NCBI GenBank assembly: GCA_007693585.1
Contig: REDH01000089.1
Span: forward strand, 21,323 to 85,322
Origin: Deltaproteobacteria bacterium
GTDB taxonomy: Bacteria > Myxococcota_A > Bradymonadia > REDH01
DNA length: 64,000 nt
Reading direction: 5' to 3'
A program made the translations under genes and the position numbers. How positions within the stretch are numbered: the stretch's first letter is position 1; every line of letters starts with the position of its first letter. The notes under the pieces were generated by a model. The model ran no database searches and was not told where the DNA came from. It saw nothing but the letters and a program-made list of their open reading frames with translations. Positions 52,659 to 61,528 of the stretch are shown here, piece by piece.

Positions 52659-54611
52659 TCAGCGCGACTTTCTCCAGCGAACGAAGACGGGTCTCGCGGC
52701 GAGCGCACCGAGAGCGAAGAGGGTGAGCGACAGGGGGGTCACTCCCCAGAAGAGGGGGATACCGTGGGGGAGAGCCACCGTCCCGGCCACGATCAACGCT
52801 CCGCCCACGATGGCTCGCCCCTGGAGAACGGATGCGTTCTCGGCGGCCTCCCCGAGAACGTTCGCGTTGTGCAACTCCGTGCTGAGGACGAGCCGCCCGT
52901 GCGCGAGATCCCGAAGGACCTGCTGGGCGTTCCAGGGTGCGAACCGGAGGAACCGGGTGAGGGCATCGAGCGTCTGCACCCCTTCCTGCATCAACCTTCT
53001 CGGATCGTATCGCTCGAGCAGGATCTCCTTCACGAAGGGCTGGGCTTCCTCGATGAAGTTCACGCGCGGGGCGAGGGTTCGGCCGATGCCTTCCACGGTG
53101 ACGAGGGCCTTGAACACCATGGTGTAGGTGGGAGGCATCCGGATCCGGTGGCGCATGCAGCCCTCCACGAGGGCCGCGAAGAAGGATCCGATGTCGATGT
53201 CATTCAGGGTTCGGCCCGAGATGTGCTGCTCCATGATCTCGATCACGTCCCCTTCGAAGCGTTCGTAGTCGTAACCTGTTCCGGGCTCCTTGATGCCGAG
53301 TTCGAAGTAGATCCTCGCGACGAGGGGATAGTCCTCACGGCTGATTCCCACGAGGATGTCCATGACGTTGTCCCGCTGCTGCGGGGAGAGACGGCCGATC
53401 AGGCCGAAGTCGATGAGGCCGATGGTCCCGTCCTCGTCGATGAGGATGTTTCCCGGATGCATGTCCCCGTGGAAGAAGCCATCCCGGAACATCATCTTGA
53501 ACAGTGCGTGAAGCATTCTGGGCGCGACTTCGTAGGGGTCGATCCCGAGTTCCGCGGGCGCCCGTGTCACCTTTACGCCGCGAACCCGCTCCATCACGAG
53601 GATGCTCTCGGTGCACAGCCCTGCGTGCACCTGCGGGATACGGACCCCTTCGTACCCTTCGAAGTTTCTTCGGAAGCGGAGGATATGCTGGAGTTCGTGG
53701 GTGAAGTCGATCTCCTTGAGGATGGCGCGCTCGAACTCGCCGACGATGCCGACCGGGTCGAGGAGTTCGAGCTCGGGCAGCATTGCTGCGGCCCTGCTGG
53801 CGAGGAAGTGGAGGATATGGAGATCGCTCTGGATGGTCGCGGCGATCCCGGGGCGCTGGATCTTGACGACGACCTCGGGGGCCGCGGCGGCGGCGTCGGG
53901 CGGCACTTCCGAAGGGCTGGAGTCCTCTGGGAGCGCTTCGGAGTGTTCGTCGCTGACCGTGGAAGGTCCCGTACCGTTGTCGCCGTTGGTCGCACTGCGC
54001 TCGTTCCGGGGTCGCATCGTTCCCTCCGCGTCGGCCCGTGGAGTGGAAGCGACGGGGTTCAGGGTGGCGAGGTGGACCTGGGCGATGGATGCGCAGGCGA
54101 GAGGCTGCCAGTCGAAGGTGGCGAACAGCTGTTCCGGCTCGTCGCCGAGTTCTGCGAGAATCTGTGCGGCGACCTCGTCGCGGCTCATGGGCGGCACGTT
54201 GTCCTGCAGGTTCTGCAGTTCGGCGAGGATGTCGGCGGGCAGGAGGTCGGGGCGGGTGGAGAGGATCTGTCCGAGCTTGATGAAGGTGGGGCCGAGTTCC
54301 TCGAACACGAGGCGGATGCGTTCGGGGAGTCCCAGTCGTGCGGCTTCGACGTCCCCTGCGCGTCCGGCGTCGGTGAGCTCGGCGACGAGGAGGTCGGTGT
54401 CGACGGGTTCGGTCGGTTCCGGGCGTTCGCTCTCGTCCGCGGGTGGGAGAACGGCGGCGTCCGGGGCGACCTCGCGCAGTCCGAGTCGTGCGACCAGGGC
54501 TCCGAAGCCATGGCGCGCGAGGACGGTGGCGATCTGGCGCAGCCGGCCCGCATCCTTGATGGCGGACTGGAGGGAGCGGATGTTGGTGTAGACGTTTCGG
54601 ACGGTGCCCAC
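52659..54611 (-). CDS. ubiB: UbiB/ABC1-family atypical kinase (ubiquinone biosynthesis)
   Basis: ABC1 kinase core (ASIAQVH, HGDMHPGN, IDFG). C-terminal TM segments. GTG start. Confidence 0.85.
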   Translation of the reverse strand: MGTVRNVYTNIRSLQSAIKDAGRLRQIATVLARHGFGALVARLGLREVAPDAAVLPPADESERPEPTEPVDTDLLVAELTDAGRAGDVEAARLGLPERIRLVFEELGPTFIKLGQILSTRPDLLPADILAELQNLQDNVPPMSRDEVAAQILAELGDEPEQLFATFDWQPLACASIAQVHLATLNPVASTPRADAEGTMRPRNERSATNGDNGTGPSTVSDEHSEALPEDSSPSEVPPDAAAAAPEVVVKIQRPGIAATIQSDLHILHFLASRAAAMLPELELLDPVGIVGEFERAILKEIDFTHELQHILRFRRNFEGYEGVRIPQVHAGLCTESILVMERVRGVKVTRAPAELGIDPYEVAPRMLHALFKMMFRDGFFHGDMHPGNILIDEDGTIGLIDFGLIGRLSPQQRDNVMDILVGISREDYPLVARIYFELGIKEPGTGYDYERFEGDVIEIMEQHISGRTLNDIDIGSFFAALVEGCMRHRIRMPPTYTMVFKALVTVEGIGRTLAPRVNFIEEAQPFVKEILLERYDPRRLMQEGVQTLDALTRFLRFAPWNAQQVLRDLAHGRLVLSTELHNANVLGEAAENASVLQGRAIVGGALIVAGTVALPHGIPLFWGVTPLSLTLFALGALAARPVFVRWRKSR

Positions 54612-54641
54612 GTGTCCCCCTGGGGCTCGGGTTGCTGCCGG

Positions 54642-55250
54642 TCAGGGTGCCGGTGGTTGCCAGGCGCGCATGAGTCGTTCCATGAAGCGGATCACGGAGG
54701 GGTCATCCCAGGGGAGAGCGCCCTGGAAGCGCGCGAAGACCCGTCCGCGAGGGGTGATGAGCCAGGTCTCGGGCAGGAGCTCGGTGCCGTACTCGCGGGC
54801 GCTGCGGCCTTCGGGATCGTGGAGGATGACCATGCTGGTGGGGTCGATGCCTTCCTGGACGAGGAAGTCGCGGAGGGCCTGCGGATCCTCGTCGAGGGAG
54901 ACGGCGACCATGGCGAAGGGGCGGCGCTGGAGGGTTCGGGCGAGGTTGACCATGGCGGGCATTTCTTCCCGGCAGGGTTCGCACCAGCTGGCCCAGAAGT
55001 TGAGGAAGATGAGATGTCCCGCGTGGTCGGCGAGCCGTCGCGAGGTGCCGTCGAGGCCGGGGAGTTCGAAGTCGGGGGCGCGGCGGTCGACGCGCTCGCC
55101 GCCGAGTTGCACCAGGCCATCGACGAGGACTCCGGCGGCGGGATCGGGCCGTTGCCATGCGAGGAGGCCCAGAAGGAGCAGGAGCGGGAGGACGAGGGCG
55201 GCGATCCGGAGGCTCCGCGGGGTGGCTTCGATGGGATTGCGGGTCGTCAT
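54642..55250 (-). CDS. TlpA/ResA-like periplasmic thiol:disulfide oxidoreductase
   Basis: Membrane anchor plus thioredoxin fold with WASWCEPC. Confidence 0.8.
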   Translation of the reverse strand: MTTRNPIEATPRSLRIAALVLPLLLLLGLLAWQRPDPAAGVLVDGLVQLGGERVDRRAPDFELPGLDGTSRRLADHAGHLIFLNFWASWCEPCREEMPAMVNLARTLQRRPFAMVAVSLDEDPQALRDFLVQEGIDPTSMVILHDPEGRSAREYGTELLPETWLITPRGRVFARFQGALPWDDPSVIRFMERLMRAWQPPAP

Positions 55251-56042
55251 TCAGGGCCCCTGGAAGCTGTCCCGGAGGTGCCGGAGGGCTCGGAAGGCCT
55301 GCTCTGCCGGATCCTGTACCTCGTGGTCCACGGCTTCGGGGAAGCGTTCGCGGAGCCGCCGCTGGAGCACTTCGTCGTGCACGCGGTGGAAGGGGTTGTA
55401 GGCACGCTCCTCCCCCAGGGTGGTGAGGACGGGGCCGTCGCTGCGCGCATGGTCGGCGATGCGTTCGCGAAGCGCGGCGGCGGCGCCGTTGTCGGGTTCG
55501 ACATGAAGGCAGAAGGCGAGGTTCCTGCTGGCGTAGTCGTGTCCGGGATGGAATCGTGTCTCGTCGGGGAGGTGGGCGAGACGCTGGTGGAAGGTGCGGT
55601 AGAGTTCGCCGGGGTCTCCGCCGTTTCGGCAGTTGCCCGCCCCCGCGACGAAGAAGACGTCGCCGCTGATGAGGATGCCTGGCGCGTGGAGCACGATGTG
55701 GTCGTCGGTGTGGCCCGGTGCGTGGTGCACGTCGAAGGCCGAGGCTCCGAGGGTGATGGAGTCGCCATGGCGCAGGCCGCGATCGTGTGGGACAGGCCAG
55801 TGGATGGCGTCCGCGGGTGCGAGGACACGGGCATCGAGGGCTGCGGCGACCTCGGCGTTTCCGCCGGCGTGGTCGGGGTGGCCGTGGGTGGTGAGGATGC
55901 GGACCCGGGAGGGTGCTTCCCTGCGCACGGCATCGATGGCGACGGTTGCGTCGATGGGATCGACGAGGAGAGCGTCGTCGGCGTCGGTGACGAGCCAGAA
56001 GAAGTTGTCGGTGAATGTGGAGGCGAGGGGCTGAACGCGCAT
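55251..56042 (-). CDS. gloB: Hydroxyacylglutathione hydrolase (glyoxalase II, MBL fold)
   Basis: THGHPDH metal motif. GloB-like C-terminal region. The stop abuts the tlpA start (TGAATG). Confidence 0.8.
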   Translation of the reverse strand: MRVQPLASTFTDNFFWLVTDADDALLVDPIDATVAIDAVRREAPSRVRILTTHGHPDHAGGNAEVAAALDARVLAPADAIHWPVPHDRGLRHGDSITLGASAFDVHHAPGHTDDHIVLHAPGILISGDVFFVAGAGNCRNGGDPGELYRTFHQRLAHLPDETRFHPGHDYASRNLAFCLHVEPDNGAAAALRERIADHARSDGPVLTTLGEERAYNPFHRVHDEVLQRRLRERFPEAVDHEVQDPAEQAFRALRHLRDSFQGP

Positions 56043-56231
56043 GGCCGTCCGGGGGAGAAGTCCGTGGGGAGCGCGGTGTGGGCAACCCGCGCGGGGGAGT
56101 CTTTCGTGCGCGGGCGAAGGCAAGTCAACCGGGGCCGGTTGTGGCGCCCTTGTGGATCGGGCATGCTCGGCGTCCTGCATGCGTGCCGGTGGGGCGCGCG
56201 GCGTGTGCTCCGGGCGCACAGCGGAGGGATC

Positions 56232-57146
56232 ATGCTCACGGAGGAGCGCTTCGTCGTGGAGGCCAACCACGATGGGTGGCGGCTGGATCGATTCCTGACC
56301 GAGCGTATCCGGCGGGCGACCCGGTCGCACGTGCAACGAATGATCGCGGGCGGCGCGCGGTTCGGGGATGGTCGTCCGGCGCGCCCCGGGAGCCGCGTGC
56401 GGGCTGGAGACGAGGTCTTCCTGACGCGGCGAGACCTCGGTGCTTCCCGGCGTCCGGCGCAGGAGCCTCGGGTGGTGGCCGAGGATGGGGAGCTGGTGGT
56501 GCTGGAGAAGCCGGGCGGCTGGCTGGTGCACCGGAACGCCCACGAGCTGTCGAACACGATCGAGGCGTGGCTGTCGGAGACCTGGCCTGGCGAGCGGGTC
56601 GAGCCGGTGCACCGGCTCGACCGGGACACGAGCGGCCTTCTGCTGTGCGCGCGGGGTGTGGAGGGTGTTCGTCGGTGGCGGGGGGCGATGTCGGGCGACG
56701 GCGTGCGCAAGGAGTACCTCGCGCTGGTGGAGGATCCGGAGGCGTCGTGGCGGCCCGGGGAGGGTCGCACGATCGATGTGCCGCTGGGGTTTGACGCCTC
56801 GTCGGCCGTCCGGTTGCGCATGGGCGTCGGTGATCTGGCGTGCGCGACGGAGGTGGAGGTGATCGAGCGCCGTGGTCCGCGGGCGTTGCTGGGTTGCGTG
56901 CTCCGGGGCGGGCGGCAGCACCAGATCCGCGCGCATCTGTATCTCGCGGGGACGCCGGTGGTCGGGGACAAGCTGTACGGGATGGGGGACGCGTTCTTTC
57001 TGTCGTGGCTCGAGGCTCCGGGTGACCCTTCGCTGGAGGTACAGCTGGCGCTTCGGCACCATGCGCTCCATGCGCACCGTCTGACGCTGGAGGACGGTCG
57101 AACGTGGTGCTGCGGCCCTCCCGATGCGTGGTGCGATCGGGCGTGA
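56232..57146 (+). CDS. RluA-family pseudouridine synthase
   Basis: S4-like N-terminus plus catalytic HRLDRDTSGLL. GGAGGG RBS precedes the ATG at 56232. Upstream part of the 1460-aa track ORF rejected. Confidence 0.8.
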   Translation: MLTEERFVVEANHDGWRLDRFLTERIRRATRSHVQRMIAGGARFGDGRPARPGSRVRAGDEVFLTRRDLGASRRPAQEPRVVAEDGELVVLEKPGGWLVHRNAHELSNTIEAWLSETWPGERVEPVHRLDRDTSGLLLCARGVEGVRRWRGAMSGDGVRKEYLALVEDPEASWRPGEGRTIDVPLGFDASSAVRLRMGVGDLACATEVEVIERRGPRALLGCVLRGGRQHQIRAHLYLAGTPVVGDKLYGMGDAFFLSWLEAPGDPSLEVQLALRHHALHAHRLTLEDGRTWCCGPPDAWCDRA

Positions 57147-57250
57147 CGGGAGGAGGGGGCGCACGGCGTCGTGGGTGCGGCGCTGACCGCGTCCCGCGTT
57201 CGGAGCAGGTCGGCGATGTCCGCGGTGCCGCTCCCGAATGGGAGGGGTGC

Positions 57251-57345
57251 GGCGGCCCGGGGGAGCGGCGGCCGGAGGGTCTGGTGGCTGGCGGGGCTGG
57301 TGGCCCGGGGGGGGGGGCGGCGGCCGGGGGGTCTGGTGGCCCGGG
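57251..57345. repeat. G-rich degenerate direct repeat (two copies of GGCGGCCGGRGGGTCTGGTGGC plus G11 homopolymer) in a convergent intergenic region
   Basis: Direct reading: ...gcggcggccggagggtctggtggctggcggggctggtggcccggggggggggg cggcggccggggggtctggtggcccgggcgggggg.... Confidence 0.5.
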
Positions 57346-57368
57346 CGGGGGGCCCTGGCGGCCGGCGT

Positions 57369-58409
57369 TCAGTCGGCGTAGATGCGTTCCTCGGCGATGC
57401 GATCGGCGACGATGTGGGTGGGGACATCCTCGCGGCGCGCGCGCTCGAAGATCCCGGTCATGATGTCGTGGACCGCTGCGACGCGGGAGCGGATGTCGTT
57501 GGCGTCGGCGTCGGTGTCGATGAATTCGCAGGCCACCTTGATGAGTCCGCCGGCGTTGATGGCGTAGTCGGGCGCGTAGAGGATGCCCTTCCGGAAGAGC
57601 TCGATGCCGTGCCGGTCCTCGGCGAGGACATTGTTGGCGGCGCCGGCGATGGCGCGGGTCCGGAGCATGGGGAGGGTGGTGTCGTTGATGACGGCGCCGA
57701 GGGCGCAGGGGGCGAAGATGTCGCACTCCACGGCGAAGATGTCGTCGGGGTCGACGGCGGTGGCGCCGAGGGACTCGACGGCGCGCTGGACGTTCTCGGG
57801 GCGGATATCGGTGACGGTGAGGGAGCAGCCGAGATCGTGGAGTTCCCGGGCGAGGTTGAAGCCGACGGAGCCGAGACCCTGGATGGCGACATGGAGTCCG
57901 TCGAGGTCGGATCGTTCGAACTGGAAGGCGGCGACGGCCTCGATTCCGCGTCGCACCCCGAAGGCGGTGAAGGGGGAGGGGTCACCGCCGCCGACGGAGG
58001 TGCCGAGGACGTGAGGGGTGGTGGCGCCGATGACGTCCATGTCGGCGGGGGAGGTTCCGGAGTCTTCGGCGGTGATGTATCGACCGCCGAGGGAGTCGAC
58101 GAACTTGCCGAAGTGGTGGAAGAGGGCCTGCCGGTCGAAGTCGTCATCCTGCGGCAGCATGATGACGGCCTTTCCTCCGCCGTGGGGCAGGTTGCAGATG
58201 GCGGCCTTGTAGGACATGCCGCGCGCCAGCCGCACGGCGTCGTGTAGCGCGGCTCCGGAGTCGGGGTAGTGGATGGCTCTGCAGCCGCCGATGGCCGGGC
58301 CGAGTCTGGTGGAGTGGAGGGCGACGATGGCGCGCAGTCCGGTGCGTTCGTCGTGGGCGACGTGGACTTCGCCGAAGCGCAGCTGCTGTAGGGTCTGGAA
58401 CAGATCCAT
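57369..58409 (-). CDS. Glu/Leu/Phe/Val dehydrogenase family, probably leucine/valine dehydrogenase
   Basis: Glycine-rich NLPHGGGKAVI, catalytic Lys region and Rossmann GLGSVG. ATG at 58409. Confidence 0.8.
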   Translation of the reverse strand: MDLFQTLQQLRFGEVHVAHDERTGLRAIVALHSTRLGPAIGGCRAIHYPDSGAALHDAVRLARGMSYKAAICNLPHGGGKAVIMLPQDDDFDRQALFHHFGKFVDSLGGRYITAEDSGTSPADMDVIGATTPHVLGTSVGGGDPSPFTAFGVRRGIEAVAAFQFERSDLDGLHVAIQGLGSVGFNLARELHDLGCSLTVTDIRPENVQRAVESLGATAVDPDDIFAVECDIFAPCALGAVINDTTLPMLRTRAIAGAANNVLAEDRHGIELFRKGILYAPDYAINAGGLIKVACEFIDTDADANDIRSRVAAVHDIMTGIFERARREDVPTHIVADRIAEERIYAD

Positions 58410-58676
58410 GGGTTGACCTCGGGAAAGAACAGGAGAAACGGGCGCTGTGCCCCTTTGCTCGTGGCCTTTGCCGAGCCGTGGATCGGTGTCCGTCGCGATG
58501 TCCCGGCGGGTTGTTCCGGGGGTCCTGGGATCGGGCCCGAACGGCATCGGTTGAGCGCCGCAAAGCGTGTCGGAGGGGTGGCCATCCGACGCAGGATGGG
58601 GTAGTCGGGGGCGTGCGAGTGGGCAAGTCCGGAGGGCTGCCGCATCGCGTCACTGTTCTCTCTGTCCTGGTTGTCG

Positions 58677-59816
58677 ATGTCCGGTTCCGATTCCCGTCGC
58701 AGATTCCCGGGTTCCCAGACGCTGAAGTCGCGGGCGGAGGGGTTGGCCCGTCGTGCGCGCCGCCGGTTGAAGCGGGTCGGTGTGCTGGTGGGGCGGGTGG
58801 CGGAGGAGGCGGCGGTGCGGCTGACGGGGACGACGGCGGGCTTCGGGGGTGGAGGAGATCGGGGACGGGTCGACCGGGTCGGAGAGACTCCGGGGGAGGG
58901 TGTGGCGATGGCGGATGGCGAGCAGGAGCGGGGTCGTGTGGTGCCACCTGGGGCGGGAGCCGGGACAGCGGACGAGGCTGCGTCGCGCATGGTCGCGGAG
59001 GGTGCTCCTCCGTCGGCGCCGGATGCTTCGGGCGAGGCGCGGGCTCTGGCGGAGGCGGTGGGTGTGGAGCGAGCGCGCCACCTGGCGGTGCAGGCGCAGC
59101 GGATGGTGGCGGAGGGAGGTGGAGTCCATCCGGAAGCCGAGGGGGTCGGGGAGGCCGGCGGAGGTCCCGTGGCCGAGGAGGTTGCGGAGCCTGCGTTTCC
59201 GTTGCGGGAGCATCTCCACACGTGGCTGTACACGGCGAGGGCGCCGTCGGCGATGCAGTTGCTGCCGGTGGAGCCGCGGCGTGCGTGGGTGTGGTGGCGT
59301 CTGGACGAGGCGGCGCGCGAGCGGGTGGCTGCTCGTCCGTTGCAGCTCGAGTTGCGCGATGGTGGGGGGAGCCGGTTGCAGCTTCACGAGGTGGGGGCCT
59401 GCGAGGGGGAGTGGTTCCTGAATCTGTCGAAGTGGCGGCCGCGGATTTCGGCGCGTGTGGGGGTGCTGGATGGGTCGGGGCGGTTCGAGGAGGTCCTGTC
59501 CTCGGCGGTGACTTCGCTTCCCCCGGAGCGTCCGGGGGACGCGGATCTGCGCTGGATCGACACGGTGCATCGGGGGGATCACGTGCGGGGGATTCCGGCG
59601 GAGTACGCGGGGGGTCCGGTGCCGCAGGTGGCGGGCTGGGTCGACGGGGTGGGCTGGACGGATGCGGTGGGGGTGGCATCATCGGGGGGGGACGCGCCGG
59701 GGGATCCCGTGATGGATGGTGCGAGTGCGTCGGGTGACGCGACGTCGGTTTCGGCGGGTCGGATTCAGGGCGGCGGGCGTGCCTCGGGGCGTCCGGCCGG
59801 GGGGGCCAGGGGATGA
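58677..59816 (+). CDS. DUF4912-like protein (GH57-associated), Gly/Ala-rich N-terminal half
   Basis: C-terminal region PAFPLREHLHTWLYTARAPSAMQLLPVEPRRAWVWWRLDEAARERV.... The stop overlaps the GH57 start (ATGA). The start is uncertain. Confidence 0.4.
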   Translation: MSGSDSRRRFPGSQTLKSRAEGLARRARRRLKRVGVLVGRVAEEAAVRLTGTTAGFGGGGDRGRVDRVGETPGEGVAMADGEQERGRVVPPGAGAGTADEAASRMVAEGAPPSAPDASGEARALAEAVGVERARHLAVQAQRMVAEGGGVHPEAEGVGEAGGGPVAEEVAEPAFPLREHLHTWLYTARAPSAMQLLPVEPRRAWVWWRLDEAARERVAARPLQLELRDGGGSRLQLHEVGACEGEWFLNLSKWRPRISARVGVLDGSGRFEEVLSSAVTSLPPERPGDADLRWIDTVHRGDHVRGIPAEYAGGPVPQVAGWVDGVGWTDAVGVASSGGDAPGDPVMDGASASGDATSVSAGRIQGGGRASGRPAGGARG

Positions 59817-61402
59817 TCGGGTTCTGTCAGCTGGTCCTGCACGCGCATCTGCCGTTCGTTCGTCATCCGGAGCATCCGTTCTTCATGGAGGAGCACTGGC
59901 TGTTCGAGGCGATGAGCGAGACGTACCTGCCGCTGGTCGCGCTGGGTCGGCGGCTGGATCGGGACGGTGTGCCGGGGACGCTGACGGTGTCGTTGTCGAT
60001 GCCGCTGGTGTCGATGCTGGATGACCCGCTGCTGCGGGAGCGATTCGATGGTTACCTGTCGCGGCTGGTCCGGCTCGCGGAGGAAGAGATCGAGCGCACG
60101 CGGCAGGAGGACCCGGCGTTTCATCATCTGGCCCACTGGTACCATCGGCGCTTCGTCGAGCAGCGGGAGATGTTCGATCGGGAGCTGGGCCGGGATGTGG
60201 CGGGGGCCTTTGCGGCGCTGCACCGCAGCGGGCGCATTGAGTTGATCACGTGCGTGGGTACGCACGGCTATCTTCCCCTGATGAGCACGGACGCCTCGCG
60301 GCGGGGGCAGATCCGGACGTCTTGCGAGGCGTTCGAGGACCGGTTCGGCTGGCGCTCGCGGGGGGTGTGGATGGGGGAGTGCGCGTATGTTCCCGGGGTG
60401 GAGCAGCTGCTGGCGGACGAGGCGGTTCAGTACACGTTCGTGGACGCGCACGGGATCCTGACGGCGAGCGCACCGGCGGTGCGGGGCCTGTACGCTCCGT
60501 TGTCGGCGCCTTCGGGGGTGTGCTTCTTCGGGCGCGATCCGGAGTCGTCGGAGCAGGTCTGGAGCGCGGAGAGCGGCTATCCGGGCGATCCGCGGTACCG
60601 GGAGTTCTACCGGGACGTCGGGTTCGACCGGCCGTACGAGGCGATCGCGCCGTACGTGAACCCGGACGGGGTGCGGATGCACACGGGCATCAAGTACTAC
60701 CGGGTGACGGCGCGGGGCACGGACGACAAGGCGCCGTGGAACCCGGACTGGGCGATGGACGCGGTGCGGTCGCACGCTGCGGACTTCGTTCGCCGGCGAC
60801 GGGCGCAGGTCAGCGCGGCCGCGGAGGGCATCGATCTTCCGCCGCTGGTGACGAGCCCGTACGATGCGGAGCTGTTCGGCCACTGGTGGTTCGAGGGACC
60901 GGCGTTCCTGGAGGCGGTGCTGCGGGAGGCGGCGCATCAGGACGAGGTGGTGTTCACGACCCCGGGGCGGTATCTGGACGCGTACCCGCGCCAGCAGGAG
61001 GCGACGCCCGGCTCCTCGAGCTGGGGGGAGGACGGCTACCACAAGGTGTGGCTGGACAGTCCCAACGCGTGGATTCGTCCGTTCCTCCACGACGCGGAGT
61101 GCCGCCTGCAGGCGGTGGTCCGGCGGACGCTGGATCTCGACGACCCGCCGAACGCGGCGCTGGAGCGTGCGCTGAACCAGGCGGCGCGCGAGCTGATGCT
61201 GGCGCAGGCGTCGGACTGGGCGTTCATCCTCTACACGGGCACCACGATGGACTACGCGGCGGCGCGCACGCGAGACCACGTGGAGGGGGTTCATCGCCTG
61301 CTGGACATGGTGGACGCGGGGGCGGTGGACGAGGACGTCCTGGAGTTGATGGAGTCCCGCAGTCCGATCTTTCCGGGCATTCGGTACGCGAACTGGGTGT
61401 AG
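59813..61402 (+). CDS. Glycoside hydrolase family 57 (1,4-alpha-glucan branching enzyme type)
   Basis: GH57 N-terminal signature (MIGFCQLVLHAHLPFVRHPEHPFFMEEHWLFEA) and a DUF1957-like C-terminal domain. Confidence 0.85.
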   Translation: MIGFCQLVLHAHLPFVRHPEHPFFMEEHWLFEAMSETYLPLVALGRRLDRDGVPGTLTVSLSMPLVSMLDDPLLRERFDGYLSRLVRLAEEEIERTRQEDPAFHHLAHWYHRRFVEQREMFDRELGRDVAGAFAALHRSGRIELITCVGTHGYLPLMSTDASRRGQIRTSCEAFEDRFGWRSRGVWMGECAYVPGVEQLLADEAVQYTFVDAHGILTASAPAVRGLYAPLSAPSGVCFFGRDPESSEQVWSAESGYPGDPRYREFYRDVGFDRPYEAIAPYVNPDGVRMHTGIKYYRVTARGTDDKAPWNPDWAMDAVRSHAADFVRRRRAQVSAAAEGIDLPPLVTSPYDAELFGHWWFEGPAFLEAVLREAAHQDEVVFTTPGRYLDAYPRQQEATPGSSSWGEDGYHKVWLDSPNAWIRPFLHDAECRLQAVVRRTLDLDDPPNAALERALNQAARELMLAQASDWAFILYTGTTMDYAAARTRDHVEGVHRLLDMVDAGAVDEDVLELMESRSPIFPGIRYANWV

Positions 61403-61528
61403 GCGGTCGGTCGCCACGCGACAGGTGGACTCAGCCGCTCCGGGGCACCGTGCGCCCTTCTCGCGGCGCCATTCGGACACCGGCACGCAAACAGGGCGCG
61501 GACGGTGACGCCGAGGATACCGCCTGCG

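Noticed and set aside
52764-57146. 1460-aa plus-strand ORF
   Set aside because: Only the last 305 codons (56232-57146) are a real RluA-family gene with an RBS plus ATG. The rest is antisense to ubiB, tlpA and gloB.
57251-57345. Possible CRISPR array
   Set aside because: Only two degenerate ~22-nt units, no regular unique spacers, and no cas genes in the window.
55247-57427. 726-aa minus-strand Pro/Ser/Arg-rich ORF
   Set aside because: Off-frame and antisense overlap with the gloB and rluA-family genes. Compositionally biased. No domain-like sequence.
58144-59682. 512-aa Pro-rich minus ORF and 419-aa Gly-rich plus ORF (58478-59737)
   Set aside because: Alternative frames of the dehydrogenase / DUF4912 region. 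The frame kept (58677-59816) has a protein-like C-terminal domain and is translationally coupled to the GH57 gene.
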